Positions 59,664-64,000 of a stretch of DNA of 64,000 nt are shown in pieces (position 1 is the first letter of the stretch; each line of letters opens with the position of its first letter). Location of the stretch: positions 544,001 through 608,000 of the forward strand of contig CAXXKJ010000002.1 of assembly GCA_963675295.2 (NCBI GenBank), given 5' to 3'. This DNA comes from a bacterium (lineage in GTDB: Bacteria; Electryoneota; Electryoneia; Electryoneales; Electryoneaceae). The notes under the pieces were generated by a model, which was not told where the DNA came from, did no database searches, and saw only the letters and a list, made by a program, of their open reading frames with translations. A program made the position numbers and the translations under genes.

Positions 59664-61571
59664 ATGAATCCGGCCACACAAAACACGGTGCATGTGGTTC
59701 TTTGCAGCGGCCACTCCGGCAGCCGTCTGCTGGTGCGTCTGTTGGCGGAGAACGGCGTTTACATGGGCGCGCGCCGTGGCGGAGTCGGCGAGGACAACCA
59801 GGACTTCGGCGAGTTGCTGTGGTTGGAAAACTTCCGCCGTCAGGTGGTCGCACACTGGAAGTATCCCAACGATCCGCGTCTGCTCGAACCGATCCACACG
59901 GGCCTGCTTAGGGCGCATCGCAAGTTCATCAGCGGCTTGGCGGAGATGAATACGCCGGCGGTTGCGATTGGTAGCAAGAACGCGACGCAGTTCCCGTATG
60001 TCGCCGGGCTGTACCGGGATGCGCTGGTAGCACAGGGTGTGCGAGTGAAGTTCATCCATCTGACCCGTGACCCACGGATGTGGATGTTGTCCGGACGAGA
60101 TCCGGACAGCCGGGGAGTGGTCCGCCCGGCCCGGCATCCGCGTTTTTCGCTGCTGGACGATCCGTTCAACCGGTATCTCTGGACAGGTTCGTTCGCGGGC
60201 GAGGTGGAGACCCCGCTGGGTGAGATCCGGCTCTCTGATTACGCTGTCTATAGTGAAGAACAGCAGATCGCGCTGGAGGCGCGATTTTGGGCGACGACCA
60301 ACAGCGTCGCAGCGGAGTTGGGTTCTGAGCCGGGTGACTACTTGCACGTGCGGTACGAGGATCTGATCCTCGATCCGGCGGCGGTGTTCGCACAGTTGAG
60401 TGAGTTCATGGGCGTTTCCCTGACGCACGAACCCGCTGGTGGGACACGGATCAGGACCGACCGGGTGCAACGTGATCCGGTCATGGCGGTCGGCGAAGGC
60501 ACGGCACGGTTGATCGCTGCGACCTGCGGCGAGTTAATGGTCCAGTTCGGGTACACGCAAGACGGCACGAAGACCGCCCCCGAAGCCAACGGTGCCAGGC
60601 TTTCCGCGGCAAAGCCGTTCGGCCCGACGATTCACACGGCAAACGGTAGCGGATTGCGCCCGGTGTTCGTTGTTGGCTGCATGCGCTCGGGCACGACGAT
60701 CCTCGGCAAGGTGCTGGATTCGCATTCCGGCCTGAAGCAGATCGGCTGGGAGATGAACGACGAATGGTCCACCCTCGGTTGTGCGCCGAGCGGGCTGGTC
60801 TGCGAGAGCCGTCATGCGGGTGATGCGACCGAGCAGGCGCGTGTCGCGATGGACGGTTTTTTCCGGTCGAAACTGGCGAAAGTGGGACCGGGAGTGCGCC
60901 CGGTGAACAAGTCGCCGCATTTGGGCAACAAGCTGGATTATGTGCGTGCGTTGTTCCCGGACGCTCAGTTCATCCACATCGTGCGCGATCCGTTTTCGCA
61001 CACCAACAGCATGAAGTCGCATTTCGAACGGATCACGTACCAGCAGCGCCAGAGTGTCGCCTACTGGCCGGACAGCGGCGAAAAGCCGTGCTGGCAGCAG
61101 TTTACGGTGCAGCAGGCAGCCGAACGTGACCTGCCGTTGGATCGTGTCTATCCAGGCGAGGGATTCGCGCGAATCCCGGAAGCGTGGGCGGTGATCAACG
61201 GGTACATCACGGCGGAACTGGAATCCTGGCCTGAGGATGCCGCGACGGTGATCCACTACAACCGGCTGGTCACCGATCCGGCGGGTGAAGCGGCGCGGTT
61301 GTTCGCGTTTCTCGGACTGGACACTGGTCCGGCGGAAGCGGCGCCGGCGTTGATGGGCGGATCGGACGGGCTGGTGAATTCGCAGACGCGGAACCCGTTG
61401 GACGAGTGGCGCAAGACCCTGTCGCGAGAGCTGATCGATGAGATCCACCGTCAGCTGCACCGCCATGTGAGCGAACTGGCGGTGATCGAGCGCTGGCTGC
61501 GGCACTCGTATGGCGATGACTCGCTGAGCGTGCTGCCTGTGCGAAACGAGGTGTTGGCCGATGAGCGCTGA
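59664..61571 (+). CDS. Tandem double sulfotransferase-domain protein
   Basis: SGHSGSR ... HLTRDP ... RYEDL, then VGCMRSGTT ... HIVRDP ... HYNRL. Confidence 0.78.
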   Translation: MNPATQNTVHVVLCSGHSGSRLLVRLLAENGVYMGARRGGVGEDNQDFGELLWLENFRRQVVAHWKYPNDPRLLEPIHTGLLRAHRKFISGLAEMNTPAVAIGSKNATQFPYVAGLYRDALVAQGVRVKFIHLTRDPRMWMLSGRDPDSRGVVRPARHPRFSLLDDPFNRYLWTGSFAGEVETPLGEIRLSDYAVYSEEQQIALEARFWATTNSVAAELGSEPGDYLHVRYEDLILDPAAVFAQLSEFMGVSLTHEPAGGTRIRTDRVQRDPVMAVGEGTARLIAATCGELMVQFGYTQDGTKTAPEANGARLSAAKPFGPTIHTANGSGLRPVFVVGCMRSGTTILGKVLDSHSGLKQIGWEMNDEWSTLGCAPSGLVCESRHAGDATEQARVAMDGFFRSKLAKVGPGVRPVNKSPHLGNKLDYVRALFPDAQFIHIVRDPFSHTNSMKSHFERITYQQRQSVAYWPDSGEKPCWQQFTVQQAAERDLPLDRVYPGEGFARIPEAWAVINGYITAELESWPEDAATVIHYNRLVTDPAGEAARLFAFLGLDTGPAEAAPALMGGSDGLVNSQTRNPLDEWRKTLSRELIDEIHRQLHRHVSELAVIERWLRHSYGDDSLSVLPVRNEVLADER

Positions 61572-62688
61572 GACGCAGGTAAAAACGGTCAGCGTACCGT
61601 ATGTCGACCTCGGCGCAGAACCGTCCGACGAACTCACCCGCGAACTGTTGGCCGCGGTTGAGGATGGGCTCAGCTCCGGCCAGTTCATACTGGGCGCGGC
61701 GGTAGAGGAGTTCGAGCAACAGTTCGCCGAAGTGTGCGGAGTGAAGCATGCGATCGGCGTGGGCAATGGCACCGACGCGATCATTCTTGCGCTGCGTGGG
61801 TTGGGCATCGGTGTGGGGGACGAAGTCATCACCGCGTCGAACTCGTTCCTGGCGTCTGCGTCCGCGATTGTAATGGCTGGCGCAACGCCGGTATTTGCTG
61901 ATGTTCAGGACGATCTGAACCTCGATCCGGCGGCGGTCGAGGCAGCGATCACCGAACGGACGAGGGCGATACTGCCGGTGCATCTGACCGGACGTCCCGC
62001 CGATATGCGCGCCTTGCTGGAGATCGCGGAACGTCATGAGCTGCTGGTGATTGAAGACGCCGCGCAGGCGGTTGGAGCGGCGTACGACGGGCAGCCGGTG
62101 GGATCCTTCGGCGCGGCGGGTTGTTTCAGCCTGCACCCGTTGAAGAATCTTGCAGCGGCGGGTGATGGTGGCGTGATCACAACCAACGATGACCGGTTGG
62201 CGGACTGGCTGCGTCAGGCGCGCAATCACGGGCTGCGTGACCGTAATACCTGCGATTTCTGGAGTGTGAACAGCCGCCTTGACGCGTTGCAGGCGGCGAT
62301 GTTGACGGTCAAGCTGCGGTGTCTTGACAAGTGGACCGTCGCCCGCCGGGCGAATGCGGCGTACTACCGTGAACGGCTGGCGGATGTGGTGACGGTGCCT
62401 GACGAAAAGCCTGAAGAGTACAGCGTGTACCACACGTTCGTGATCCAGGCGGAGCGTCGGAATGAACTGCAACGATTCCTGGCTGAACGCAACATCGGCA
62501 GCGCGGTGCACTATCCGATCCCAATCCACCTGCAGCCGGCGGCGATGGATCTCGGCTACCGGTTGGGATCGTTGCCGATGACGGAACGGTTGGCAGGGCA
62601 GATCCTCAGTTTGCCGGTGCATCCGAAGTTGAACGAAGAACAGCTCGCGCATGTGGTGCGTGCGGTTCGGGACTTTTACGCGGCGTAA
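61561..62688 (+). CDS. DegT/DnrJ/EryC1/StrS sugar aminotransferase
   Basis: [39 protein letters not shown]. Confidence 0.93.
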   Translation: MSAETQVKTVSVPYVDLGAEPSDELTRELLAAVEDGLSSGQFILGAAVEEFEQQFAEVCGVKHAIGVGNGTDAIILALRGLGIGVGDEVITASNSFLASASAIVMAGATPVFADVQDDLNLDPAAVEAAITERTRAILPVHLTGRPADMRALLEIAERHELLVIEDAAQAVGAAYDGQPVGSFGAAGCFSLHPLKNLAAAGDGGVITTNDDRLADWLRQARNHGLRDRNTCDFWSVNSRLDALQAAMLTVKLRCLDKWTVARRANAAYYRERLADVVTVPDEKPEEYSVYHTFVIQAERRNELQRFLAERNIGSAVHYPIPIHLQPAAMDLGYRLGSLPMTERLAGQILSLPVHPKLNEEQLAHVVRAVRDFYAA

Positions 62689-62704
62689 ACGGAAGACGGA
62701 CGTC

Positions 62705-63718
62705 ATGAGCAGCAAGCATTGCATCGTTACGGGCGGAGCGGGTTTCATCGGCAGCCATGTGGTGGATCGTCTGCTCGCGGACGGCCACACGGTCACCGCA
62801 ATCGACAATTTCTCCACCGGCAACCCGCGCAATGTCGCGCACTTGAAGGATAATCCGTCGTTCACGCTGGTGCAGGCGGACATAGCCGCCACGCCGAATC
62901 TGAAGGACATCTTCAATGGGGCGGACTGGGTGATTCACCTGGCTGCGTTGGCGGATATCGTGCCGTCGATCCAGAAGCCGCGTGAGTACTACCGGTCCAA
63001 TGTGGACGGCACGTTCGAAGTGCTGGAAGCGGCCCGTGCGGCCGGTGTGAAACGGCTGGTATATGCGGCGTCTTCGTCGTGTTATGGCATCCCCGATGTG
63101 ACACCGACGCCGGAAACGGCGGAAATTCGCACCGAATACCCGTACGCCCTGACCAAGCACCTTGGCGAAAAACTGGTGCTGCACTGGGCGCAGGTGTACA
63201 AGCTGCCAGCGGTGTCGTTGCGCTTCTTCAACGTGTACGGCCCGCGTGCCCGGACGACGGGGACCTACGGCGCAGTGTTCGGCGTCTTCCTCGCGCAGAA
63301 GCTGGCGGGGAAACCGTTCACCGTGGTCGGCGACGGCACGCAGACGCGTGATTTCACGTATGTCACTGACATCGCGGACGCGGTCGTGGGTGCGGCGGAG
63401 TCGGAGATCAGCGGCGAGATCATGAATGTCGGCAGCGGTGGAACGTACAGCATCAACCGGTTGGTCGAACTTCTCGGTGGGCCGGTGACGTATATCCCTA
63501 AACGTCCTGGCGAACCGGACAGCACGTTCGCGGACACCGCGAAAATCGAGCGGCTGCTGGGGTGGAAGGCAAGCGTGAGTTTTGAGACGGGGGTCAAGCG
63601 GATGCTCGAGCACATCCACAACTGGGAGGAAGCGCCGGTGTGGACGCCGGATTCCATTTCGGTCGCAACGAAGGAGTGGTTCGAGTACCTCAGTCCCCGG
63701 GAGGAAGTCCATGAGTGA
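62705..63718 (+). CDS. NAD-dependent epimerase/dehydratase (extended SDR)
   Basis: [44 protein letters not shown]. Confidence 0.92.
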   Translation: MSSKHCIVTGGAGFIGSHVVDRLLADGHTVTAIDNFSTGNPRNVAHLKDNPSFTLVQADIAATPNLKDIFNGADWVIHLAALADIVPSIQKPREYYRSNVDGTFEVLEAARAAGVKRLVYAASSSCYGIPDVTPTPETAEIRTEYPYALTKHLGEKLVLHWAQVYKLPAVSLRFFNVYGPRARTTGTYGAVFGVFLAQKLAGKPFTVVGDGTQTRDFTYVTDIADAVVGAAESEISGEIMNVGSGGTYSINRLVELLGGPVTYIPKRPGEPDSTFADTAKIERLLGWKASVSFETGVKRMLEHIHNWEEAPVWTPDSISVATKEWFEYLSPREEVHE

Positions 63719-64000
63719 ATCGACCCTGTTGCGGAACGGACACAACGGCACGGCCACCGCGCCACCGTTGGAGAAACTGATTCCGCTGGAAACATTGCCG
63801 GACAAGCTGCGCGTGCATCGTGACCGTGGCGAAATGATTGTCCAGTGTCACGGCGTCTTCGACCTGCTGCACCCGGGCCATGTTCGTCATTTCAAGGCGG
63901 CGAAGCAGGAAGGTGACGTGCTGGTGGTGACGTTGACGCCGGACCGGTTTGTCAACAAAGGGCCGGGCCGTCCGGTGTTCAACGAACTGTTGCGCGCCGA
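63711..64000 (+). CDS. 3'-truncated cytidylyl/adenylyltransferase (RfaE/HldE-like)
   Basis: Manual translation [13 protein letters not shown]...CHGVFDLLHPGHVRHF...VNKGPGRPVF (HxGH motif); runs off the window. Confidence 0.85.
   Translation, partial: MSESTLLRNGHNGTATAPPLEKLIPLETLPDKLRVHRDRGEMIVQCHGVFDLLHPGHVRHFKAAKQEGDVLVVTLTPDRFVNKGPGRPVFNELLRA

Overview
GC-rich (~60%) bacterial chromosomal window. T9SS-type C-terminal domains, a GH97, a TonB-dependent receptor and a DUF4249-like lipoprotein suggest an FCB-related lineage (inference). Housekeeping content: mscS, PLP Thr/Ser dehydratase, patatin-Omp85 fusion, dacB, mutL, gap-pgk-tpiA-secG-tRNA-Leu(GAG), a sensor kinase, a receiver protein and an aldo/keto reductase. 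Also present: several secreted beta-propeller/FG-GAP proteins, two IS elements (IS1182 and IS3 families), and from 43.6 kb a large, probably sigma-54-driven glycan cluster with multi-enzyme fusions that runs off the window. Best candidates for novelty: (1) a lower-GC islet at 12.5-13.6 kb with a consensus promoter, a ~350-nt chain of hairpins and a 97-aa protein resembling a circularly permuted GIY-YIG nuclease; (2) a palindromic repeat found both between genes and inserted in frame in two enzymes; (3) heptamer arrays that occur as inverted brackets; (4) a ~110-aa domain shared by four secreted proteins; (5) a stand-alone multi-hairpin small transcript with a 13-aa ORF. All calls are by-eye motif recognition; no database searches or folding programs were run.
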